Positions 27,284 through 36,289 of a stretch of DNA of 64,000 bases are shown in pieces. Under the pieces are notes generated by a model that was given only the letters and a program-made list of their open reading frames with translations, searched no databases and was not told where the DNA came from. A program made the translations under genes and the position numbers. Source of the DNA: an uncultured Rickettsiales bacterium. Lineage in GTDB: Bacteria; Pseudomonadota; Alphaproteobacteria; Rickettsiales; CAZAGG01. Positions within the stretch are counted from its first letter, which is position 1, and the number at the start of each line of letters is the position of its first letter. The stretch covers positions 7,169-71,168 of the forward strand of contig CAZAGG010000003.1 of the NCBI GenBank assembly GCA_964484565.1, in the 5' to 3' direction.

Positions 27284-29263
27284 ATGATTCTCAATATTCA
27301 TACATTTCTTACTCGAATAAAAGAACTTTTCCTAGATGAATATGAAAGATGGGTGCTTTGGCTGCCAATATTCATGTGTTTTGGCATATTAATATATAAT
27401 CTTGAGATTGTAAATCCACCCAACAATCTGGTTTTAATCTCAACTATAATATTATTTATATGCTTTATATTATTTCGCTTAAAAGGCTATCTTGCGCTAT
27501 CGGTTGCAGTTTGCCCTGTAATTGCTTTACTTGCGGGATACTCTGCTTCTGAATATGAAGTACAAAGAAGCAAGATTGAAATATTATCAGAGCCAATCGA
27601 AGAAGTGATGGTATATGGCTGGATTGAGAGCATAAGCAAACTTGAAAAAGGCCACCGTTTAATAATAAAACCAAACTATATCAAAGGAATAGCAAAGGAA
27701 AGTCTCCCCCCTCTTATAAGGGTAAAAAGCAATGCAAATGAGATTCCATTTCAAATAGGTGATAAAGTAGGATTCAGAGCAAATTTATTTCCACTGCCAA
27801 AGCCATATTTCCCAGATGGTTACGATTTTGGCAAGCAGCTATATTTTGAAGGAATCGGAGCAACTGGATACACAATCTCCAAAATCTTTCCAGATAAATA
27901 TCAAACCGAAAAGCCAGAGCAAAATAGTCTTAAACAAGCAATTGAAAAGCTCAGAAATTATATGAATATCGCCATATATAAAAACCTTCCGCCGCCCTAT
28001 GGTGCACTTGCTGCTGCGATGATAACTGGCGATCAATCGGCAATTCCTGATGATACTATTGAAGCAATGCGTGCTTCTGGAATATCACACCTTTTATCTA
28101 TCTCAGGCGTTCATATTGGGCTTGTTGCAATGATTGTTTTCTGGTGGTTTAGAACTATTATATCTCTAATTCCATATATCGCACTTAGATATAACACCAA
28201 GAAAATTGCTACCTTTGCGGCAATAATGGTTACAGGATTTTACACGTTAATATCAGGGTTGCAAATACCTGCTGTTAGATCATTTATTATGGTTTGTGTT
28301 GTGATGACTGCAATTTTAATTAACCGCAAAGCCGTTTCTTTAAGAAGCGTTGGCCTTGCTGTGATGGTGATATTATTATTTGAACCACATGCCTTATTCA
28401 GCGCAAGTTTTCATCTATCTTTTGCAGCAACAATATGTCTCGTTGCATATTATGAATATTTGGAAGGCAGACACGCTTTCGTTGAATCTACAACGCTTGG
28501 CAAGGCAATATCTTATGTAAAAATTAGCTTCATGACCAGTTTAATTGCAGGGCTTGCAACTATGCCGCTGGTTATTTATCACTTTAATCAAATACAAACC
28601 TATTCGATTATCAGCAATATGGCTGTTTCACTGCCAACTTCAATAATTGTTATGCCTTCAGTGATATTAACATTATTTGGCTTTGCGATCGGTTTAGAAG
28701 GGTATTTCCTTAAGTTACTTGAGTTTGGATTGTGGATGATAAATCAAGTTGCCGTTTTTACGGCGTCGCTTCCAAGTGCGTCGATTTTCATAGCAACCCC
28801 AAGCAAGATAGCTATTGCACTAACGGCACTAAGCATATTCTGGATGATATGCTGGAAGGGTAAAATAAGATATTTGGCAATGATTCCGCTGATGTTTGCA
28901 GTTCCTAATATATTTATAGCCAAACCACCTTTAATAATAAGTAATGGTAAAGTGGCAATGGTTCGAATAAGTGATGATAAAGCACTCTTTCTAAATAAAG
29001 GTAGGGGTGGCGATTTTTTAAGAGATGTGTGGCAAAGAAAAATGGCCGTCTATGAAGTTGAAAAGGTTAAAATTCAGCCATATCAGATTATTGATAATTT
29101 GGATATTGCCGTAATATCAAAAGATTACAATCAAGAACCTTTAGAATGCAATAAGCTGAAATATATCATAAATCTATCTGATGAACGAATTGCAGATGAA
29201 TCTTGCTCTCAGATTGAGATTTTTATTGATAAACAAGATTCTGTAGTGGCAATCTATGAGTAG
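27284..29263 (+). CDS. comEC: ComEC/Rec2-family membrane protein
   Basis: 659 aa, polytopic, with a DUF4131-like N-terminus and the competence core (SGISHLLSISGVHIG). Confidence 0.8.
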   Translation: MILNIHTFLTRIKELFLDEYERWVLWLPIFMCFGILIYNLEIVNPPNNLVLISTIILFICFILFRLKGYLALSVAVCPVIALLAGYSASEYEVQRSKIEILSEPIEEVMVYGWIESISKLEKGHRLIIKPNYIKGIAKESLPPLIRVKSNANEIPFQIGDKVGFRANLFPLPKPYFPDGYDFGKQLYFEGIGATGYTISKIFPDKYQTEKPEQNSLKQAIEKLRNYMNIAIYKNLPPPYGALAAAMITGDQSAIPDDTIEAMRASGISHLLSISGVHIGLVAMIVFWWFRTIISLIPYIALRYNTKKIATFAAIMVTGFYTLISGLQIPAVRSFIMVCVVMTAILINRKAVSLRSVGLAVMVILLFEPHALFSASFHLSFAATICLVAYYEYLEGRHAFVESTTLGKAISYVKISFMTSLIAGLATMPLVIYHFNQIQTYSIISNMAVSLPTSIIVMPSVILTLFGFAIGLEGYFLKLLEFGLWMINQVAVFTASLPSASIFIATPSKIAIALTALSIFWMICWKGKIRYLAMIPLMFAVPNIFIAKPPLIISNGKVAMVRISDDKALFLNKGRGGDFLRDVWQRKMAVYEVEKVKIQPYQIIDNLDIAVISKDYNQEPLECNKLKYIINLSDERIADESCSQIEIFIDKQDSVVAIYE

Positions 29264-29320
29264 CCCATGATATTTTTACGCTTTATTAACTTTTTATAGG
29301 CATTATTATCCTTCAGCATA

Positions 29321-29710
29321 ATGAGGTTTGATATGATAGGCACATCACTAAGCGGATTAAATGCAGCACAAACAAGACTAGGTGTTAGCGCAAATAATAT
29401 AGCCAATATCAGAACTATTTCATCTCCTGAATCTGAAGAAAAATTCACACCATCAGAAGTACAGCAAGTTTCTAATGGCGATAAGGGCGGAACCTCTGCT
29501 TTGATTCGTCCTGTTTCCCCGCCAAGCGTTTCGGAATATAATCCCTCATCAGCTCTTGCAGATGATAAAGGCTTGGTTAGTGCACCAAATGTTTCTCAGG
29601 AAAATGAAGTTGTTAATCAAATAATTGGGCGCAGCAGCTTCAAAGCTAATCTTGCCGCACTAGATGCTTATAACAAAACAACCCAATCTCTTCTTGATAT
29701 AGTTGGCTAA
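29321..29710 (+). CDS. FlgC-like flagellar basal-body rod family protein (orphan)
   Basis: 129 aa. The N-terminal rod motif LNAAQTRLGVSANNIANI and the C-terminal NPSSALADDKGLVSAPNVSQENEVVNQIIGRSSFKANL are collinear with FlgC. Confidence 0.7.
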   Translation: MRFDMIGTSLSGLNAAQTRLGVSANNIANIRTISSPESEEKFTPSEVQQVSNGDKGGTSALIRPVSPPSVSEYNPSSALADDKGLVSAPNVSQENEVVNQIIGRSSFKANLAALDAYNKTTQSLLDIVG

Positions 29711-29756
29711 AAAATATACGATGTTGGGTCTATAAATAAGACTTTAACAGGGCGTT

Positions 29757-31232
29757 ATGTTTAGCTTTCCAACACCACTTGTCGACCATTTCGCAGACGG
29801 CATTTTCTCAGGAGAAACCTCAAGCTCAATAGAGCTTACTGGCACTTACTATATCGATTCTTTAATTGAAAGATTTTCATGGACAGGACAAAGCGGAAGT
29901 CAGGCTTCTGTATATTACAATCTAACCTCTGCCCCATCTGGTGCAAGATTGTTGTCAGGCAATGAAATAACAGCGGCATATGAGGCGATTGCAAACTTTG
30001 AAAGCGTTGCAAACATCAATTTTATCGAAAGCGCATTTGGCGCAGAAATTTTAATAGGCGTAAAAAATCTTACTGGCGGTGAAGACGGCCTTGCAATTAC
30101 TTCATACTCAGGAAGCAAGATTTTAAGCAGCCAAGTTTTTATGGATAATAGCATTACTGGATATGAAGCAGGAGGCTATGCCTACAGCGTAATGATTCAT
30201 GAAATTGCGCACGCTCTTGGCTTAAAACATCCTTCAAATTATAGTGGTGAAGAAACTCCACCATTCCTACCAAGTTCTGAAGATAGCGTTGAAACAACCG
30301 TCATGTCTTATAATGATAACGGAACTTACCCATCTTCATTGATGATATATGATATAGCAGCTTTACAATATCTTTACGGCGCAAATAGCAGCTATAATTC
30401 AGGAAATAACAATTATAATTTAAGCTCATTTAACAGCTTTTCTACAATTTGGGATGGCGGCGGCAGTGACACAATTACAGGTGGCAACACCACAACTGGC
30501 GCGGTTATAGATCTCAGAGAAGGAATCAATTTTTATTCACAATTAGGAGCAAAAAAAGTGTGGAATGCATTTAGTTCAAGTATTGAAAACATCGTTGGAA
30601 CAGAAGGTTCAGACACCTTAAACGGTAACGACATTAATAACATTATCACTGGAAACGGTGGAAATGATATAATCTTTGGCTTTGATGGTAGTGATAGCAT
30701 CAACGGCAATGCTGGCAATGACTCTGTCAATGGCAATACTGGTGCGGATACTATTTTTGGCGGTCAAGGCTCTGATTCGGTTCTTGGTGGAAAAGATAAT
30801 GACTATGTTAATGGCAATAATGATAACGACACTGTAAACGGCAATAACGGCAACGATACTGTTTACGGCGGAAAAAATGATGATCTAGTCTACGGCGGAA
30901 GAGATGACGACTTGGTTTATGGAAATCTTGGCAATGATACCATAAGCGGAGATCTTGGTGATGATACACTTTCAGGCAATGAAGGCTCAGACACCTTTGT
31001 TTTCGGAGTTACAAGCGGTGTAGATATAATAACTGATTTTGATCCTACAGTTGATACTATTCAACTCACTTCTGGTGCAAACGGCAATAGCATTACCAGC
31101 TCTACCGCTGCTCTTGCTGCTGTAACTTTCACACTAACAGATGCAGTTTTAAATCTAGGTGGTGGAAATATAGTTTATCTAACTGGCGTTACATCTGGAA
31201 GTTTAACAACTGCTGATTTCATAGTTGTGTAA
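29757..31232 (+). CDS. serralysin-family (M10B) zinc metalloprotease with RTX calcium-binding repeats
   Basis: HEIAHALGLKHP zinc site, TVMSY Met-turn, about 15 nonapeptide G-x-x-G-x-D-type repeats (aa about 280-400), and a C-terminal ...DFIVV. Confidence 0.88.
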   Translation: MFSFPTPLVDHFADGIFSGETSSSIELTGTYYIDSLIERFSWTGQSGSQASVYYNLTSAPSGARLLSGNEITAAYEAIANFESVANINFIESAFGAEILIGVKNLTGGEDGLAITSYSGSKILSSQVFMDNSITGYEAGGYAYSVMIHEIAHALGLKHPSNYSGEETPPFLPSSEDSVETTVMSYNDNGTYPSSLMIYDIAALQYLYGANSSYNSGNNNYNLSSFNSFSTIWDGGGSDTITGGNTTTGAVIDLREGINFYSQLGAKKVWNAFSSSIENIVGTEGSDTLNGNDINNIITGNGGNDIIFGFDGSDSINGNAGNDSVNGNTGADTIFGGQGSDSVLGGKDNDYVNGNNDNDTVNGNNGNDTVYGGKNDDLVYGGRDDDLVYGNLGNDTISGDLGDDTLSGNEGSDTFVFGVTSGVDIITDFDPTVDTIQLTSGANGNSITSSTAALAAVTFTLTDAVLNLGGGNIVYLTGVTSGSLTTADFIVV

Positions 31233-31240
31233 GTAAAACA

Positions 31241-32038
31241 GTGTTTAAGCTCTTTGCTCTGCTTTTGCTATCTAGCTTTTTGTATATTTTTTCAGATAGC
31301 TTTTCTCATGCAAATGAACAAGTAAAGGCAGCCCGCTACATGGCCTATTGGAATGATGTTCCAATAGGCGTTATGGTGATTGAGATAGCAGAAACAAGCG
31401 ATGATTATAAAGTCAGGGCGGAGATAGATTCACTTGGCCTTGCAAAGGCAATAAGCCGCTTTTATAGCAGAACCTCAACAAAAGGAGATATAAGAGCGGG
31501 AAAATATATCCAAAATGAATATCGAACGGCCTTTAATCTTAGAAAACGGCTTAAAAACTTACTTATTACTTACTCTAAGGATGGTAAGGTTAAGTCTGAC
31601 ATTATGACTCCGCCAGATAATCCTAAGAAACGCCCTCCCGTAAATTTGGAGATGAAACACAATACTTTAGAGCCACTCACCGCTATTTTATACGCCCGAA
31701 AATATATAAAGGAGGGTAAGGAAAAGTTTTCGCTGCCATTATACGATGGTAGGAGGAGGTTCGATCTCAATTTCACAAGTAAAGGCATTAAAAACTTATC
31801 TATAGCTGGCAATACAGCGAATTTTATAAGCTATGAAATGATTAGAGACGAGATTGCAGGTTTTACAGAAAATGAGAAAGCAAGAGCCATCACAGAAGAT
31901 CCAGTTGTAAGAATCTATATTGCCAACGACAATCAGTTCATTCCCTATTACGTTGAGGGCACAGCAATTGCTGGAAGGGCGCACGCAATATTGCAAAGAA
32001 CCTGCGCAACCTTCAGCGAGTGCTCTAAAGTTGAATAG
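31241..32038 (+). CDS. DUF3108-like secreted protein
   Basis: 265 aa with a GTG start and the signal peptide MFKLFALLLLSSFLYIFSDSFSHA. The overall pattern resembles DUF3108. Confidence 0.5.
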   Translation: MFKLFALLLLSSFLYIFSDSFSHANEQVKAARYMAYWNDVPIGVMVIEIAETSDDYKVRAEIDSLGLAKAISRFYSRTSTKGDIRAGKYIQNEYRTAFNLRKRLKNLLITYSKDGKVKSDIMTPPDNPKKRPPVNLEMKHNTLEPLTAILYARKYIKEGKEKFSLPLYDGRRRFDLNFTSKGIKNLSIAGNTANFISYEMIRDEIAGFTENEKARAITEDPVVRIYIANDNQFIPYYVEGTAIAGRAHAILQRTCATFSECSKVE

Positions 32039-32045
32039 ATCTGCT

Positions 32046-34586
32046 CTATCCCTTATTCCACCAACCTTTTCTTGATGGGCGAGATGAATCTTTATTATCT
32101 TCAGAAGAAGTCGTAGCTGCACTTTTTGCAGATTCAGCGGCTGAGTCATCGTCTCTAGGAGTTCTTCTAACTTTTGGCTGTTGCTCTTTATGAGCATCCT
32201 CTGCTTTAGGAGATGATGACGGCTGAACTAAGTTTACAACCTCTGCACTCTTCTTCTTTGGTTTATCAGCTTTGAGATGTTCTGGCTTTGAAATCTCATT
32301 AGAATCATCTGAAGCAGAGCTTGCTGAATTTTTAGAGGGTTTCTTCCAATTCTTTTTAGCTACCTTTTTCTTAACCGTTGGTTCAGTTTCTATAGCTGAC
32401 TTATCGACTACTGCTGTTGCTTCTGCAACTACGACATTATCATCTGCTTGAATTTCAACTGAAGAGTCAACATCAACGTCAGAATCAAATTGCCTCTTGT
32501 TGCCACGCTTCATTCTTCTGTTGTTGCGGCGGTTATTATTGCCACGATGCCTATCTCTGTTTGATGATTCTGGTTTTGTTGATTCATCTCTTGAGTCGAT
32601 TTCTTTGCCTTCGACTTTCTCGCTATCGCCGCTTGAGTCTTCAGAAGTCGCGGAAGTTGCAGTTTCTTGCTCTGAACTGCTATTATCATAATCTGAACCT
32701 CCTGCAAAATATGGCTTCTTCCTTGAAGAGTCGAATCTGCCTTTTCTGTTGCCCTTATTGCGTTTGAGACGTTGGAATTTCTTATCTGGATTGTTAGTAT
32801 CCAAAGTTGACACTTTCTCGCCTGTAACCAATACCTTCTCGATATAAAAACCAGGGTAAGAAGCAGAATCAAGAACTTCAACAAATATTCTGAGATTATA
32901 TTTCTGCTCAATCGCAAGTAGCTCAGCTCTCTTATGATTTGCAAGATAGTTCACAACTTCAGACCATGCTTTAACATAAAGCTCTTTTGTTTCAGACACT
33001 GCAACTTCTAGCTCTATGTTTCTCACAATCAATAATGCCAAAGACTCAACTGAGCGCACAATTCCCCTACCCTGACAATGATTGCAGGTAGTCATAATTG
33101 ATTCGGTAATGCTTGGCCTTAGCCTTTGTCTTGTCATTTCAAGCAACCCAAACGGGCTGATTCTTCCCATTTGAATTTTTGCCCTGTCAACCCTTAGAGA
33201 TTCTTTAAGTGCTTTCTCTACTGAACGGCGGTTTCTGCCATCCATCATATCAATAAAGTCAATGACGATAAGCCCTGCGAGGTCTCTCAGTCTAATTTGC
33301 CTTGCGATTTCCCTAGCTGCTTCAAGATTAGTTTTAGTTGCAGTTTCTTCGATATTGCGCTCACCTGTTGCACGGCCAGAGTTTACGTCTATCGCAATTA
33401 GAGCTTCGGTTGAATTTAAAACAATATATCCACCTGAGTCGAGCTTAACAATTGGCTCTTCGATTTCAACTAGTTGCTCTTCCACTCCGTAAGCATGCAA
33501 AATAGGAACATCACCTTTATATAACTTAACTTTAGCAGCATGGCTTGGCATAATCATTTTCATTAGCTCTTTTGCCTGCTTATAGCTCTCTTCGCCTTCG
33601 ATTAAGATTTCATCTATCTCTGGATTATATTGATCACGCAGTGATTGCTTTATCAAATCACCTTCCTCATAAACCAAAGCAGGAGCAATCGAAGAAAGAG
33701 TTGTTTCTCTTATACTATTCCATAGCTTAATGAGATATTCGTAGTCTCTTTTTATTTCTGCTTTGCTTCTATCTGAACCTGCCGTTCTGATGATAACGCT
33801 CATTCCATCGCTGATTGGCAAAGTTTCGACTACATCTTTTAATCTTTTTCTATCACTTGAATCGGATATTTTACGCGAAACCCCTCCCGCCCCAGGTGTG
33901 TTTGGCATTAAAACACAATATCTTCCCGGTAGAGAGATAAAAGTTGTGACCGCAGCACCCTTATTGCCTCGCTCTTCTTTTATTACTTGAATTAAAACAA
34001 CTTGCCCACGCTTAATAACTTCCTGAATTTTATAACGGCGAGTGCTGGCTCTTTCACGCTTTGAGGTTCTTACCTCTTCTTCATCAGCCTGTGCAATTTG
34101 GCCATCTTGAATTGAGACAACCTCAAAATTTCCCGCCTCTTCAATCTGCTCAAGATTATCAGATGATGATTCAAACTCACCTTCCGAAGCAGCAGATTCT
34201 GAAGAATCGTATGATTCAGAATCACTATCAACTACTTTTGCATCTTTATTAGAATTTCTGGCAACTGAAGACTCATAGCTGTCATTTTCTTTCGCCCTTG
34301 CTTTGCGCTCTTCTTCCTGAAGTCTTATTCTATCTTCAACGGGAATTTGGTAATAATCTGTGTGAATTTCCCCAAAAGGCAGAAAGCCCTGTTTATCTCC
34401 GCCATATTCAACGAATGCAGCTTGAAGAGACGGTTCAACTCGCGTAACTTTTGCGAGATAGATATTTCCTTTGATGTGTTTCTTGGCGGCGGTTACGAAA
34501 TCATAATCATGAATGTAACCTTCTTCTGTGATGGCAACTCTCGTCTCCTCTGAGTGGCTCGCATCTATTAACATTAACTTTGTCAT
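32046..34586 (-). CDS. rne: ribonuclease E
   Basis: 846 aa. S1 domain GNIYLAKVTRVEPSLQAAFVEYG, then EERGNKGAAVTTFISLPGRY, the catalytic core, and a long low-complexity Arg/Ser/Asp/Lys-rich C-terminal tail. Confidence 0.93.
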   Translation of the reverse strand: MTKLMLIDASHSEETRVAITEEGYIHDYDFVTAAKKHIKGNIYLAKVTRVEPSLQAAFVEYGGDKQGFLPFGEIHTDYYQIPVEDRIRLQEEERKARAKENDSYESSVARNSNKDAKVVDSDSESYDSSESAASEGEFESSSDNLEQIEEAGNFEVVSIQDGQIAQADEEEVRTSKRERASTRRYKIQEVIKRGQVVLIQVIKEERGNKGAAVTTFISLPGRYCVLMPNTPGAGGVSRKISDSSDRKRLKDVVETLPISDGMSVIIRTAGSDRSKAEIKRDYEYLIKLWNSIRETTLSSIAPALVYEEGDLIKQSLRDQYNPEIDEILIEGEESYKQAKELMKMIMPSHAAKVKLYKGDVPILHAYGVEEQLVEIEEPIVKLDSGGYIVLNSTEALIAIDVNSGRATGERNIEETATKTNLEAAREIARQIRLRDLAGLIVIDFIDMMDGRNRRSVEKALKESLRVDRAKIQMGRISPFGLLEMTRQRLRPSITESIMTTCNHCQGRGIVRSVESLALLIVRNIELEVAVSETKELYVKAWSEVVNYLANHKRAELLAIEQKYNLRIFVEVLDSASYPGFYIEKVLVTGEKVSTLDTNNPDKKFQRLKRNKGNRKGRFDSSRKKPYFAGGSDYDNSSSEQETATSATSEDSSGDSEKVEGKEIDSRDESTKPESSNRDRHRGNNNRRNNRRMKRGNKRQFDSDVDVDSSVEIQADDNVVVAEATAVVDKSAIETEPTVKKKVAKKNWKKPSKNSASSASDDSNEISKPEHLKADKPKKKSAEVVNLVQPSSSPKAEDAHKEQQPKVRRTPRDDDSAAESAKSAATTSSEDNKDSSRPSRKGWWNKG

Positions 34587-34815
34587 TAAGTAAAATCTCC
34601 ATAATATTCTGGGTAGCCCCCACTGTATCCGCAGGGCATGAATTGATGTCTATGAAATGGCATCCATCAGAGGAAAGCGCAGCACTTCCAGAAAAACTGA
34701 ACCTATTAATGCTGTAAAAAGTATCCATGAACTATACGTTCCCCGATAAAAGAATTTCGCCAGTATAAGATAACCTGATTTTTAGATTATTTCAAAGGCT
34801 ATTTACAAAAAAACT
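34587..34815 (-). promoter_or_regulatory. rne 5' leader / promoter region
   Basis: 229-bp non-coding stretch upstream of rne, with GGAGA before the ATG. A long structured leader is known for rne in E. coli, but I did not confirm any structure here. Confidence 0.25.
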
Positions 34816-35385
34816 CTATAATGAGTTTTTGCGGTGAACTTGTGTGGGGGCACTTGCTATTGATGCAGCATCTGAAATCTCGGCTGAGATACTTTCGATA
34901 AGTTCTTTTGCATGATTTACAGCAAGTCTAAATTCACTTTTTTGTGCCCTATCTTTTATCTCAACAAAGCCAACGGAGTTGTTATTTCTACGTTTTGCAT
35001 TTAAAACATCGCGTAGCTCTATTGGAATGTTCGGATTCCGCAAAACAGCTTCATCGCTATCAAAAGTTGCCGTCACTGCATTCGAACGCTTCGCTATATT
35101 TTGTTCTTTGGTTAAATCAGTGAAGCTGAATGCGCAAACTATATTACCATCGCCACTAACATAACCGAATATACACCCAGTACCATCTTTCTTATTCGCG
35201 AGTATAATGGAATGGTTAGCGTAAACACACATATCAACTGCGTAACCTCTATATATCTCGGGAATCCAGTAATTATGCTCAAATTGCTTACCAGCATACT
35301 CTTTATCTTTGTCGAGTTTACCATAAAAATCTTGAACAAAATAATGGGTGGCGCGGCAATCGATATATGTTTTTGAATTTGGCAT
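34816..35385 (-). CDS. hypothetical protein (189 aa orphan)
   Basis: ORF between rpsD and rne. No recognisable domain. Confidence 0.55.
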   Translation of the reverse strand: MPNSKTYIDCRATHYFVQDFYGKLDKDKEYAGKQFEHNYWIPEIYRGYAVDMCVYANHSIILANKKDGTGCIFGYVSGDGNIVCAFSFTDLTKEQNIAKRSNAVTATFDSDEAVLRNPNIPIELRDVLNAKRRNNNSVGFVEIKDRAQKSEFRLAVNHAKELIESISAEISDAASIASAPTQVHRKNSL

Positions 35386-35400
35386 ACTAACATCCAGTCC

Positions 35401-35435
35401 TTAAATAGAAAGTGGAGGGGAATTTAGCCCCTCCA
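35401..35435 (-). terminator. rho-independent terminator downstream of rpsD
   Basis: Perfect 9-bp stem GTGGAGGGG/CCCCTCCAC (35411..35419 and 35427..35435) with a 7-nt loop. On the minus strand it is followed by TTTCTATTTA. Confidence 0.75.
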
Positions 35436-35460
35436 CCAACTCAATCTCTGTGTAAAAATA

Positions 35461-36078
35461 TTATCTTGAGTAATACTCAACTACTAAGTTTGGCTCCATC
35501 ACAACAGGATAAGGAACTTCTTCAAACTTAGGAATTCTGATAAACTTGCCTTTAAGAGCCTTTGCATCAACTTCAAAATAATCTGGGACATCACGCTCTG
35601 GATGTTGCACAATACCTTGAATTACAACGTTATCTTTTGATTTTTCACGAACTTCAATAACATCACCTTCTTTCAGGCGGTAGCTAGGAATATTGACCTT
35701 TTTACCATTCACTGTGAAATGTCCATGATTTACAAACTGGCGAGCCGCAAACACTGTTGGAACAAAACCAAGACGGTAAACAGCTATATCAAGCCTGCGC
35801 TCTAAAATACCAATAAGGTTTTGAGCTGTATCGCCTTTATATCTAACAGCTTGGTCATATATAGCTCTGAATTGCTTCTCGCCAATATTGCCATAATAGC
35901 CTTTCAGTTTTTGTTTTTCACGAAGCTGCAAACCGAAGTCTGAAGTTTTTTTACGCGCTGTAGCACCATGCTGACCAGGTGGAAAGTTTTTCTTTACAAC
36001 TGGATCTTTTGCACGACCCCAAAGGCTAACGCCCAAACGGCGACTGATTTTATATTTTGACTGAACTCTTTTAGTCAC
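35461..36078 (-). CDS. rpsD: 30S ribosomal protein S4
   Basis: 205 aa with a GTG start. [16 protein letters not shown]... and the S4 RNA-binding domain. Confidence 0.95.
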   Translation of the reverse strand: MTKRVQSKYKISRRLGVSLWGRAKDPVVKKNFPPGQHGATARKKTSDFGLQLREKQKLKGYYGNIGEKQFRAIYDQAVRYKGDTAQNLIGILERRLDIAVYRLGFVPTVFAARQFVNHGHFTVNGKKVNIPSYRLKEGDVIEVREKSKDNVVIQGIVQHPERDVPDYFEVDAKALKGKFIRIPKFEEVPYPVVMEPNLVVEYYSR

Positions 36079-36122
36079 GATATTCCTATATTGTTTAATG
36101 TCTTGTTCATTTCGGAGGACGC

Positions 36123-36150
36123 AATATATAAAAACCTAGAGCTAAGTCAA
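36123..36150 (-). promoter_or_regulatory. sigma70-like promoter for rpsD
   Basis: On the minus strand: TTGACT, a 16-nt spacer, then TATATT. It lies about 45 nt upstream of the GTG start. Confidence 0.4.
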
Positions 36151-36289
36151 CAGCATTTTAGAAAAAGGTTCAAATTATATAGCTTCCTATGGATATTTTC
36201 ACAAAACCTTCACTTTAGTTTTGTCAGATAGCGACTATAAAATCAGTGATTGTAATAAACTTAAATCAGGTTAAGAAAATAGTAATCAC

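Noticed and set aside
30580-31000. Tandem periodic DNA that might be mistaken for a repeat array or CRISPR
   Set aside because: The 27-nt periodicity is the coding sequence of RTX nonapeptide repeats inside an intact ORF. There is no spacer/repeat architecture and no cas genes.
31796-32197. 133-aa minus-strand ORF bridging the DUF3108-like gene and the rne 3' end; also the alternative-frame ORFs within rne (32417..32767, 32497..32691, 32510..32944)
   Set aside because: They overlap two well-supported genes. The low-complexity rne tail DNA keeps several frames open by chance.
34507-34728. 73-aa ORF overlapping the rne start and leader
   Set aside because: It is out of frame with rne, has no ribosome-binding site, and more likely falls within the untranslated leader.
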